From the NCBI RefSeq assembly GCF_009914755.1, contig NC_060930.1: a DNA stretch of 64,000 nucleotides. One strand, written 5' to 3'. Below are positions 13,161 to 25,008 of the stretch, piece after piece. The notes beneath the pieces are model-generated. The model did no database searches, was not told the DNA's origin, and saw only the letters and a list, made by a program, of their open reading frames with translations. The stretch's first letter is position 1. Each line of letters starts with the position of its first letter. A program made the position numbers and the translations under genes. The stretch comes from the human T2T-CHM13v2.0 reference genome, Homo sapiens.

Positions 13161-14228
13161 TGGCAAGCAAATTTTTAATATGGTCATAAGTTTAGGTATA
13201 CTATAGCCTGAAAATTTAGGAAATGATGAAAGCATTATAATCAGTTTTAAAATGAAAGTAGTTATATTTATAATATATTCCTAATCTTTGTCTTGAAATG
13301 ACAGAAGGCAAACCTTACACATACACAGCAAATGTCCCTTGTTTCTAAGCAGAGAACAGAAATGTACTAAAAGGACCATGGCTAGATTCATTCATTATGA
13401 GTTTTTTTGTTGTTTTGTTTTCTCTACTTTGATAGAACATAATTATTCTGAGAATATAGCAGATTAGATAGAACAACAGAGTTGGCTAATTCAGGTCACT
13501 TTCTAAGTTAAAGGTTTATAAAGTTAGTAATTTTGCCCTTTGTTTTCATTCAATTGAAGAAATGTTTATTGAAGGGCTGCAGTGCGCTACTCTTTAAAAC
13601 ATACTTGAATATATTTAATAAATCAGGATACTTGGTTGGCAAATCATATTAGCTTTTAATGCTTAAGATCTTACTAACACCACATTTCTCAAAAATAATA
13701 TCACCATCAAGACCAATTGTAAATACATACGAAAGTTCCTAATTGTATTCTGCCTGTTTGCTTTAATGAGAAATGAATACAGGTAAATTTTGTAAAATTG
13801 GGCCCTTCTGAGAGAAAATTGAGATGAAAAGTGTAACAGAGGCATTACGGGGAAAAAGGATAGGAACTCAGCAGGGCCTTCTGAAGGTTTGCTGTGCTCC
13901 CGTTGCAAGACCCACTGGGTCCCGGTGCTAAGTCATTCTGTCCTTCTGTCAGTATGTGGCCACTGTGCTCATCCCAGACCTCACAGAAAGACAGAATTCA
14001 AATGTTTTTATGTCCACAGAACCTGCAACCATTGTCCAAAGTTTTAAAATAGCATTTAACTCCGAAAACGGTACCTAAAGGCAGGAGTATGGTTGGGGAG
14101 AGAGGAATCTTGAATGTCCCACCAAGAGGGAAACTGCCTCATATTTAATAGAAAAATCTGGAAATCTTCACATGAAAAGATAATGTTTTAATGATATTAA
14201 TCATCGAGGTTAAATTTAAACCAATCAG

Positions 14229-14521
14229 ACACACACACACACATTTAGACAGAGTCTCACTCTGTTACCCAGACTGGAGTGCAGTGGCATGATCTCGGCT
14301 CACTGCAACATCCCAGGTTCAGGCGATTCTCGTGCCTCAGCTTCCTGAGTAGCTGGGATTACAAGCACGTGCCACCACGCCAGGCTAATTTTGGTGTTTT
14401 TTGTAGAAATGGGGTTTCACCATGTTGGCCAGGCTGGTCTGGAACTCCTGACCTCAAGTGATCCGCCTGCTTTGGCCTCCCAAAGTGCTGGGATTATAGG
14501 CGTGAGTCACTGCACCCGGCC
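14229..14521 (-). mobile_element. AluSx-like; tail position occupied by (CA)n
   Basis: Alu body 14244-14521; flanking ccaatca direct repeat. Confidence 0.92.
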
Positions 14522-16775
14522 CCAATCAAATACTAAGAGGTATTTAATACAAATGAAGATGCGATTATTAATGATAAAAATTGAAGACAACAGGCTCCAT
14601 GGAAACATCAGCCACTGCAATTTAAATTCTGGCTAAGCAGCAACAGCAACAACACTCCAAAGCTGGGATTCCCATGGTGGCCAGCAAAGCCCACCCCTGA
14701 TGTGGAGCTCAAATCTGGCTTCCGGAGTGAATGAAAACCAGTGAAAGAAAAACCAGCGAATGAGAAAAACAGATGGAGGAAGAGGGCAGGTCTATGTACC
14801 CCACTGGTTTTTACCTCTTCCTTTGCTAGAGGAGCAGAGATTGGAGGTCATTTTTCTTTTTTACAATTTTTAAAATCAATTTTGAAGGGCATTTTTTTTT
14901 GTCCTGCTTCTTGGTAACAGCTTACTTCATCTTATTATTTGCCCCTCACCTAAAAAGCAAGTAACATAAAGTTCTTTCACTATGGAGGGATTTTCCCTAG
15001 AAGAGCTTGCAAATGCATTTTCTGTTTTGGATTGTCTACTGTATGGATTCGATTGTATCTCGGGCCATAAGGCACTGTTTCATCCACTGTGAATTAGTTC
15101 AGCCATTTAATGAATATGCATCAAGCTTCTATGTGCACAGTATCACACCAGATTTTCACAGTTTCCAATCGTCTTCTTAAGTAGACACTGTCTACTTAAA
15201 CTTTAACCGTCTTCAGAAATTTTTTGGACTTATAACAAATAAGTTCAGTAAACTCTCCTGGGCCTGATCACCTTCCTCCCTCTTTTGCAGATATTATCAT
15301 TCTTACCAAGTGGACCATCGTAACTCTGGGGAACATACAACACTGAAATTCTTTGTGTGTGAAACCCTAAAATCAGCATGCTTTTCCTACTGCTCTGCTT
15401 GGCCCACGCTTTCTGCAGTTAGCCAGGTCATCTGGATAGCGTGGGCCTGCAGCTCCCCTGGGACGTCTGTCAGGCAATTCCTGTTTTCTTTCTTATGAGC
15501 ACATATTAAAGATAAATAGTGGAAGCCCTGGAATTTTACATTTCCCCAGAAGTACATTTCAGTCTCTCCTTGTTTGACAGTGAGACCCGTGGCACCTTCT
15601 TTCTGAGCTGAAGTTCTCAGAGCAGAGGATTTACAGTTTCATAAAACTAGGTTAAGGAACATTTTCTAAAAGCGAAGATACTCATGCAATTCCCCAAGCA
15701 AGGAGGTGTCATTCTGCTGAGCCCTGAACAACAGCAGGAAAAAAGAGAGCTTAGGTGTTCTTTTCATGATGATTGTTGGGGGCTGAGAAAGGCTCGTTCT
15801 ACTAATGGGCCATGTTATGTCTCAGGACCCTGGGACTGTCTGCCTGTAAAGGTGTAAGGAAATTGGGAATTTTTATACTGTGTTGGAAAGGCCTCCATGT
15901 GAGATGTGCACACAGACAGGAAGGGCAGCTGGAGGGTCAGGGAGCATCGGCTGGAACTGCGGCCAGCTTTGCAGAGGTGTGAGCGTCCCTCTGGCCCCAG
16001 TACATCAGGCCGAGTGCCACAGGAAATGCCATCCAGTGTGGTCAGTGAGGCTGAGCGTTTCCAGAATCTGGTTACAGTGATGATAGACCTACAGAGCCTG
16101 AGGGCCCATGGAAACCCAAAGTCCCACCCCCCGACTTTACGGTTGTGATTTATGATCTGGACACATGGTGTCTAGCATAACATAATTCAGCGAAGTGAAG
16201 CACCTCGTCCATGGACAAACCATCAATCGATGGGCAAGGTACGACTACAACGCAGAGCCCACTTGGTGCCGCTAGAGCATGGAAATGGTTAGTAATAATG
16301 ATTCTCCACGTCTGAAGACTGTATTACCATTTAAAATCCATTTAGAGGGCAGCGTCCAGCCAGAGAGGGCACGGAGGAGACACTATTGCTCTTACGGTAA
16401 TAAGGAGGCCACTGCACTCTGAGAGTTGAAATTCCTCTCGAAACAGAGCTTGGACTAGGATCTCCATCACCTGGCTCCTGGCCTGGAGCTAGAGGTCCCA
16501 CCCCAGATAAAAGGCTGATTATGAAGGCGTTCATTCTTAGTAGTCAGCTGGTCTGCTTAGATCTTATAAACTACTTGGGATCATCAGTGCTTCCTGAATT
16601 GTTCTCTGAAATCCTGTAACCAGATGTTTCCATCTGCAGCGAACTTGTCCATGTCAGTGTCCATAATAGAGACCCATCTACATCCACATCATTGTCATGA
16701 ACAGCATTGCAAAGGCATCACCCTCTCTTCCCATGCACTAGTTCACTTTGCCTTGGCTTAAGAATTCACAGATCA

Positions 16776-17069
16776 GGCCAGGTGTGGTGGCTCACGCCTG
16801 TAAACCCAACACTTTGGGAGGCTGAGGCAGGTGGATCATTTGAGGACAGGAGTTTGAGACCAGCCTGCCCAACATGGCTAAACCCCATCTCTGCTAAAAA
16901 CACAAAAATTAGCAAGGCATGGTGGTACATGCCTGTAATTCCAGCTACTTGGGAGGCTGAGGCATGAGAATCATTTGAACTCAGGAGGCAGAGGTTGTGG
17001 TGAGCCAAGATTGTGCCACTGCACTCCAGCCTGGGTGACAGCATGAGACTGTGTGTCAAGAAAAAAAAA
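16776..17069 (+). mobile_element. AluS-like, full length
   Basis: Alu dimer; flanking cacagatca repeat. Confidence 0.92.
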
Positions 17070-18784
17070 TTATCCACAGATCAACATTTTATCTTGCCAT
17101 AACGGACTTGCTGAATTATTAGGACATGTTAATTGTCTCAAGTCAAAGATCCAAGCAACACCACATTTAAACCCTTTTCAAGCTAAATCAACACCATGTT
17201 TCTAGTTAATTCTCAGTATATGTTTTTCTGTAGAGCTATATGGACAATTGGTTCTAAGATTGAGGCTTTGAGCTTTTCATGTTTTCCTTATTAAACATCA
17301 AAATGAAAGCCTATCAGGATTGAGAGAGTGGTGCAGGAGAGAAAGAGGTTGTTGGTTCCAGCAGCCTACCAATGACTGCATGAAATAAGACCACTGCTCC
17401 CACAGGAGACCCATTATATGCCAAAGGTGGATGCTCAGGGACCAGCAATGGAGATGGGCACACAGACAACAGGCAGCCACGTGTTTTTAAGAGGAAAAAT
17501 GTAAAGGCCTGGAACTTCTGTCGTAAAGTGAGGACAGATGGATGCAGCTGATTTTCATAGCCACCCATAACTGAGCAGAAAGATTTGTGTGACCTGAGTC
17601 CAAAAGTCACAAACAGTGACAAGGGCTACAGGATGATGAGGCTTGGGTTGAGTGTCTTCTCCTCTCTCCCTGGCTTTGATAAACAGCCATCCAGCCAGTT
17701 CCCTGCCTTTGGTCTCTCTTCCTTTTATCCATTTGCACACTCCAGTGAGGTTCACTTTCTTCCCACATGACTTCTGCTCTACACTCAGCAGCTGGGAATG
17801 GCCCTCCCATGCTTCATCCATCAGACCTGATTCCAACCCAAGGCTGCACGAATATCCCCTGGCATTCTTCAACACTTCCCAAGTTTGTCACACCTCTGTA
17901 GTCACTGGACTGAAATAACCACTAGCTGAACTCCCATACCATGTCTTCATGTGGCTATGAAGATGATGAAGTGAAACCCTCTGCCTCCAGGGAGATGCAA
18001 GCAAGGAAACACAGGAACTACAATTTGCCTTGGGAAGAGCTACCGCAAAGTGGTGGAGCAGAGCCAGGCTGCGTGCGGCCTGAAGCTTATGCAACCACGG
18101 GGGCCCTCCTGAAGAAAAATGTTACCAAATTATGAAGGTAAATGTGCAGCCCTAAAGCTCAGACTTTATCAGCTTCCTGGACAACCTGGTCCGTTCCACA
18201 CATATGGGGTCTGCAAGGTGGATGTCTTTGATATCTACCTCTGTCTCCTTACTTTCAGTCAAAAGCATGGTTCGATATGTTGTACCTTGAATCCCCTCTC
18301 CCTATCCAAATTCTACCAACTGGACCTATTTGCCTCAATTTCTTCATAAATTCATTCCTGATCGCATGGTTTTCACTTAGGTCCCTCTTAAGTGCCTTGC
18401 TGTAGCACTGTTAGTGATCACGTACCACATACAGCAACTTGTACACTTTTTCAGTTGTTTCCGGTTAGATTTATTTTGGCAAATAAATTACGAGTTCCCA
18501 GATGTCAGGGCTTTGTTTTATGATGCAGATACCGTGGTGTCTGACATAATATTGATACATTGCCGATAATTAAATCTTGCTTGAGTCATAGATGGAAGAA
18601 ATGATTGAACTTGACAATTCCATCCTTTGAAACCAATGCTTGGTAACACCAAGGGGCATAATTTTTATTGTGCCTCTGGTCTTACCAGATAAGTCATCTC
18701 TGAATATAAACTTGTACCCTTCCCAAATTCACCATTTGGACACAAATTCTCTGGAATTACATCCTTGCTCCTTTCATTCTAGAT

Positions 18785-19160
18785 ATGCTCCCTGAGTGGT
18801 TTCCATTCCTCTCATGTTTTCAACTTGTTCATCTGTGTCGAGGACCCTTAAATGTATATTTCTGGCCCAGAACTTTCCCCTGAGCTCCTAGCTTACATAT
18901 TTAGCTACACTTTTGTGTCTCCATGTCCCCAAGGAGCCTGTACTTAAAATGCATCCACAACTAAATACAGGAGGGCACTGGTGGGAAAGAAAAAACTTAA
19001 GAGACAAATGCAAACCATGTTCATGTCTACGTCCCAGTATTAAATGATAGGCTCCTTGCAGGTAGGAATGAGTCCTGTTCATCTTTCTGTGCCCAGCTTG
19101 TAACCTAGCCTGGAACAAGGTGGGAATTTAGTAAGTCTGAGTGACTGGGTGAACGAGTGA
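18785..19160 (+). mobile_element. L2 fragments
   Basis: 'ctggcccagaactttcccctgagctcc' and 3' end 'tgtgcccagcttgtaacctagcctggaaca...gagtgactgggtgaacgagtga'. Confidence 0.55.
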
Positions 19161-19989
19161 TGTCTCTGAGACAGTTCCTATAGTGAATTGCTAAAAATAA
19201 ATATGGTATTTAGGACAATCACATAAAGTCTTCTTTGGCCATACACTTTGCCATGTTTCATTCACAAGATGTCTGTGGAGGAGATGTGTACCCAACCCTC
19301 CTTGTATACTTTTCCATACATGCAGGCACAGTTAGAGAACTCACAGAATCTTCCATCTTCCTACCTGGAAACTACTTGGTGTAGGAGGGACAAGGTGTGC
19401 TTTAAGTTGGTCTCATCATCTGCCTCCCTCCCCATCTCCCCAACCCCAGCTCATCTGGGCCTTCTCAGGGCATCTGAATCTGCCTGCCATGGAACCAGTC
19501 TGGTGGCCTCTATTTTTCTTAATGAGCGAGCCACCGTTTTTGACAGCACAAATTGCAAGGTGGATGCTTTTGAAGAAGGAACTGATGAATGAAAGACGGG
19601 AAGGAACCCGTCCTTAACCAAGATCTAGTCAATTTAATTTCACTTTATAAGTGAACAACACATCGGTTTAAAAAGTTAAATACTAAGACATCATGGAAAT
19701 AGGTGTATTTGGGGGGTGGGCTGATGGGCAGATTGATAGGGAAGATTCAAGGAAAAAATTTTATCAAAACAATGACTCATCTTATATTCAAAGATCCTCA
19801 AATTGTAGTATTTTCTTCCAAATCCACGTTAAAATGTTGACAGCTGCTACAGGAATGTGCTTCAAATTCCATTGCGATATTATAATTTTTCCACTTTCGA
19901 GCATTCGTTTGCTTCGTTTGTTTTGTTTTGTTTTGTTTTTGGCCCTATGCTGGCTGAGAAAACAAGAATGTTCACGTCCTTGTATTGTG

Positions 19990-21010
19990 CGGTGGGGAGA
20001 GAGACCAATTAGAAGGTGAATCAAATGTTTGGCGCGAACCACAGAAACGAGGCCAGGAAGAAGAGGTCGTGGTGAAGTGGCTGCAGGTTAGTTTCCTCCG
20101 AGCAGCCAAGGAGCGCCGGAGTTTGGAAACCTGGGGCCCTGGAAACCCGGGGGCCTTGGCCTGCAGGCGGGGCTGGTGGGATCAGAGCGCGTGGTCGCGA
20201 AGGGGAAGAGCAGAGGCACCGGCTCGGCTGCAGGTGGGAGGGTGTCCGGGTGAGGGGTGAGCGCGGGGTCGGGGAGCGGCGGCGGGGGACTGGGCGACGG
20301 CCCCGGGGCCGGGCCGCGGGCGGAGACTGACAGGCGTGGGCGGCGACAGCTGCAGCTCCGAAGCTCCCAGCGTGGAGTCACGCGCCAGCGCGCGGAGGGG
20401 AGTGGGGCGTGGGGCAAGCAGAGGGGCGCACGGAGGGGAGCATGGAGGGACGTGGGGAGCATGGAGAGACGTGGGGGCGCACGGAGGGACGGCGGGGCCT
20501 GGAGCGAGCATAGGGGCGCACGGAGGGGCATCTGGGCGTGGGGCGAGCACAGGGGCGCACGGAGAGGAGCATGGAGGGACATGGGGCGTACGGAGGGGCA
20601 GCGGGGCCTGGGGTAGAGCAGAGGGGCGCATGGAGGGGAGCATGGAGGGACGTGGGGCGCGCGGAGGGGCGGCGGGGCGTGGGACGCGCGGTTCTTCCTC
20701 GCGAAGTTGGAGAGGCCTCGGGTCGCAGGGCACCCACTGTGCGCCCTGGACGAAGCCTACCCTGGAGGCAGCGGCTCCGAGGGACGCCGGAAGGAACGGC
20801 CGCTTTCCTCAGGGTCCCCGCCTGCACCTGCGGGCTGGCAGATCCGGGGCGTCACTTCTCTCCCAGGGCCCCGGAGGGAGGCGGAAGAAGGCGCAGGTGC
20901 GAAGGATGAAAAACCAAAACCAAATCCAAATGAAAGTCAGTGATGTTTGAAAGTGGGAAAGCCCCCAGTGGAGGACAAAGGGGCCTCTCCCAGCCGCGCC
21001 ACGGGCCAGA
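19990..21010. promoter_or_regulatory. CpG island / probable promoter
   Basis: About 1 kb, very GC- and CpG-dense, GC boxes (gggcgg), CCAAT at 20005, E2F-type tttggcgcgaa at 20028; direction of transcription not determinable. Confidence 0.85.
20391..20685. repeat. G-rich modular tandem repeat within the CpG island
   Basis: Recurring modules 'ggggcgcacggagggg', 'agcatggagggacgtgggg', 'gcggggcctgg'. Confidence 0.85.
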
Positions 21011-21551
21011 TGTCCCTTTCTCCACCAAGAGCCCCTGTTTCCAGACCCACCCCACCTTCGACATCATTTACCCCAGCCACTTCCCCGACCCTCGGCCTCC
21101 TTCAACTCTATGTACAGGTATATTTAAAACGTTTTGCAAGGCGAGAGGGGAGAGAACGGGCCCTCAGTGGCCTGAGATAGACGCTGAGTCAGGGACCCCT
21201 CTGGATCTCCCCAGTTCACTGGCTGGTCTTTAGTTCATCAAGATGAACTCTCAGAGGTAAAAGAACTGCTGCCTTTCTATGATTCATACCGAGTTCGGGG
21301 CCAGAAAGCTGGTGGATGAGGACATGCTCTAGGAGGAGCCGGGCTGATGGATCTGGGTGGTTGCTCTGGCCCCGTTCCTGGGAACCCCACAGAGTGCACA
21401 CGACGCCATCTCCCCGAGCCAGTTCCAACCTGTAAGGAAGAATCCTCTTGTGTATCTCAGCCTCCTTAAAGAGGTGAATGAGAAAGCGCCTGCTTCCTCA
21501 GTCCCTGCTTTGTAGGCAAAGTCCTGGCAAAATGATTTGTAGTTGCTTGAT

Positions 21552-21555
<4 letters not shown>

Positions 21556-21582
<27 letters not shown>
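21556..21582 (+). repeat. Poly(A) tract, 27 nt
   Basis: Uninterrupted A run with no adjacent Alu/L1 body. Confidence 0.95.
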
Positions 21583-21584
<2 letters not shown>

Positions 21585-24500
21585 TCAAACAGCTAAGAAC
21601 ATCTTTTTCTGGGCCTCATCCTCTATCTATACATTCCGGGCCAGAGGGTACTCAGGCAGTTTTCTAAACCACCTCAGAGACACAGCCACACGTCTACAGG
21701 AGTCAGTCAACGTGGCTGTGCTCTTTTGTGTAAGGCAAACTCTTCATCTTGGGTGTGTAAATATGGAAACCCCCGACAGAGAATGACTTCCACATGGGAC
21801 CCGCCTGTCACTGTCTATTCATGTGGCACGTTTGTCCAAGGCTCCGCGTTCTCCATCATGTAGGGCTGGCTGCTCCATCGGGGTAGGTGACTCACCCTAG
21901 TTTTGCCACCAGATAGGAATGGGACCTGGCCCTCTCCTAGCCTTGGTGGCCCCTGTTTGAAGCTCCCCATCCTCAACTATTTCACGCTGTGCTGCGCAGC
22001 CTGTGCCCTGTCTCCACAGTTTCTGAGCCTCTGGCTCCTTTTCCCTTTGGTGAACTGGCCTCACTCGTGGGATGTGCTATTCTGGGAGCTTCCTGTGCAC
22101 GGACTCTCCTATTGCGTCTCTTCAGCTACTTCCTGGACATGCTGCATGGCTCTGCTGAGCGCCCCCCCCCCAGGCTCTTCTTTAGACTTTGATGAGGTCC
22201 CCTTCAGTGCAGCCAATGTGACTTGCTCCCCTAATCTCTCAAGGGAACCAGGGACCTTTCTTTAAATAGTGTGAACACAGATGTCAAGGACCTCACACAC
22301 TGAGGAGAAATCATCTGGAGAACCAGAATCAGCCACTTCAGGTATTGGGGTTCATTTAGTCAATTTGAAAGGAAGGTTGGTCATAAAGTAGCAGGAATCT
22401 TTAACATTGAAGTGCTTAACTTATACCCTTACCATGTTATGTTTTTTCACTCAGTGAGCACATCTGTGTGGTGCCATAGGCTGTTGTGGGGCCCATTCTC
22501 AAATGGCCAGAAACAGGGGTAATGTCATATTGTGCAAGTTCTCAATCTTCATCACATGGAGTTCTTTTGGACCAGCGTATGATTTTGCTTCTTAAGTCAT
22601 TTCTCTCTCTACACGTGAGAGAAAACCTGAGATGGAGAGCTGAGTGGACATTCCTTCAGTGGACTACTAATTTTTTAACTTGTGTTTTTGATTCTCTTTC
22701 TCAAAGAGAAAAATACTCCACAGTATTCATAAGTCAGATAAGCAGATGTGGACACGCCTGCATATTTTCCTTTTTAGATACTAGTAGAATGCTTGTTGAT
22801 GGTATCAGGAGATGATTCCTCTGTTGGGATCTTCACTACAGTAAATAGAAGGCAATCACTTTTGTTTCCATGAAGCTAAGATGTCAACTCCTCAATAAAC
22901 AGATGCAGGGCTCCAGGCATCACTCTGAGTTCAGCCTTTCTGCCCCGCCCACAGCACAGCACACCAGGATTACAACCCGAGCTCCCACAGGAAAGCAGTG
23001 AGGACAGCAGGTTCGTCCTGCAGTAGAAAGGGAAGGTTGAGAGCCTGGGGGCCAGGATGGCATGGGGTTAAGTGAGAATTGTGGCTAATGGAAATGTTGA
23101 CCATAAATTGGAAAGAAGAAAAGGACAAGTTCAACGTCAACCTCCTGTTTATCTAGAGCTTTAGAAACATTTGAAAAGAACATGCTTTAACTCCCACAAG
23201 TCCTCTTAGAAATTCAGATTCAAGCTGAAGACGCCAAAGAAATTGGCTTGCCGGCGGCAGTGGTTCACCTAACGGAAAGGTCACCACCCTTGGGCTCTGG
23301 AAGTCAGCAACGATAACTTTTTCAGTTTGGCCTGAAGTTTGATTGTTTTTGGAGTTAGGTACGCCTTGTGCCTGTTTCCATATGTGTCTATAAAGCTACA
23401 ATCTGTTTTCTTCTACTACAAAATCCAGTGTGCTAGTGTGTGGACAACTGAGAATTTCTGCAAGATAGAGAGGAAGAAGCACACAGTATGAAAGAAAAGG
23501 ATTCCTATTTCAGAATCCCTTTGGGAAGCCTTTCAGTGAAGGCACGGGGGTCTTGCGGTGTGCAGCCGAATTTCTACGGCCTCACGTGCTCTGCTTCTGT
23601 TTTCTCTTTCTCCTCCTTCCTTTGGAGTTGCATCGTGGGACTGTTCCAGACTCCCTTTCTAGTCATGCTTCCTGGGAAAACCTTCAGAAAGTATTCATCT
23701 CAGATCACCCTGGACAATTTGCTGAGGGTCAGTCCTGAGCGTGGACACAGCTTGTGAGCATGTGATCTTTAATGTGATGAATTATGTCTTTAATAGTTGC
23801 CAGTCCCTCTGGTCCTCCTCCCAGAAGTCACATCCATCTGCTGAACTGGCTCTGTGCTTCCCTGGTTCAACAAGTCAAGGAGTGAAGCGATTCACACAGA
23901 CAGCGGGTGATGTCGCAGGAGGAGTGGTGGCCAGGGAGCGTGGTGACCTGGGACCAGCCCTAATTCTGCCCTAACTGGGCAGCTCTAGAGAGGTCTTTTC
24001 CATGTCCTAAGCCCCAGCTGTCTTCTCTGGAAAATGCAGAAAGTTAGATGAGATGATCTCTCATTTCCAGCTTGTGATTCTATCCTGTTTTCTCTCTTGC
24101 TGGAATTATGCTCTGTGGCGGGAGAGGAATTAGCCGTGTCACATCTCATATCTTACATTTTTTGGTACTTGCTATTCTGCACAACTCAAACTCCCTGGCA
24201 GAGCAGAGAGTGTTTAATGTTTACTTGTCAAAGGCAATCCAAACATGAAGCCATCATTTAAGTCAGTTGACTTATTCTACGGCATATGCATGGGTCAAAA
24301 TGGAACATAACCTTGAATCCCTTTGAAAATGCTCTTCTCAATTTAAAATGATGAAGGCTGTGTATTAAAATAGCAGGGTGGAATTTTTCTCTCACGTGAA
24401 GTAAAAGAGATCTTTCCTTGCTAATTATTTTTTGACATGTTACTGACAATGTGGACAGTAAATATAATCAGAGCATTCTACATCAAACATTTTGCTCCTC

Positions 24501-24992
24501 TTGGGCACCATTAAGGAGGTAAATAACCCCTGTCTATAGATGGTCCTGAGTTTGAACACATACAGACTTTTGAAACACATTGTTTCAGCCTATGAATTAT
24601 TTCCTCCAGGACTAAAATGTAAGTGTACACAGCTCAGGTAGCAGAGAACCACGTTCTCTGAGGCCCTGGGACCTGCGATGCTAGTGAGAAAATTAAGCTT
24701 GTTCTTCCCTAAGAGGCAGAAACACTGGTGCCCCCCTTCATCCTCTGCAGTCCTGGACTAAGCTGGGTGCAGCCCTGGCTGCCCTGGCTCTGGTAGTTCC
24801 CTGTCCCTGCCCTCTACAGTCAGTCCTCCTCCCTGCTGCAACTTGACCATGTCACTCTCCTTCAGGGTCAAGTTCAAATCCCCAAGATTTGGAAGCAAGG
24901 CTCTTCCTTGCTGGGCTTTGCATCCTCCTCACACTGCTCCTTTGTTTTCCCTCCACTCAGCATGCTTTGGAGCCCTGTGCTGTGTCCTCTGA

Positions 24993-25008
24993 GGCACCCC
25001 TAGTGGCC
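24993..25008 (-). promoter_or_regulatory. Candidate CTCF motif
   Basis: Minus strand ggccactaggggtgcc is close to the CTCF core GGCCACYAGRKGGCGC; motif match only. Confidence 0.4.

Noticed and set aside
20088-20950. Overlapping Arg/Gly/Pro-rich ORFs in CpG island 1
   Set aside because: Expected from high GC and the tandem repeat; no recognisable domain
21232-21249. 8+2+8 palindrome agttcatc-aa-gatgaact
   Set aside because: Several of this size are expected by chance in 64 kb
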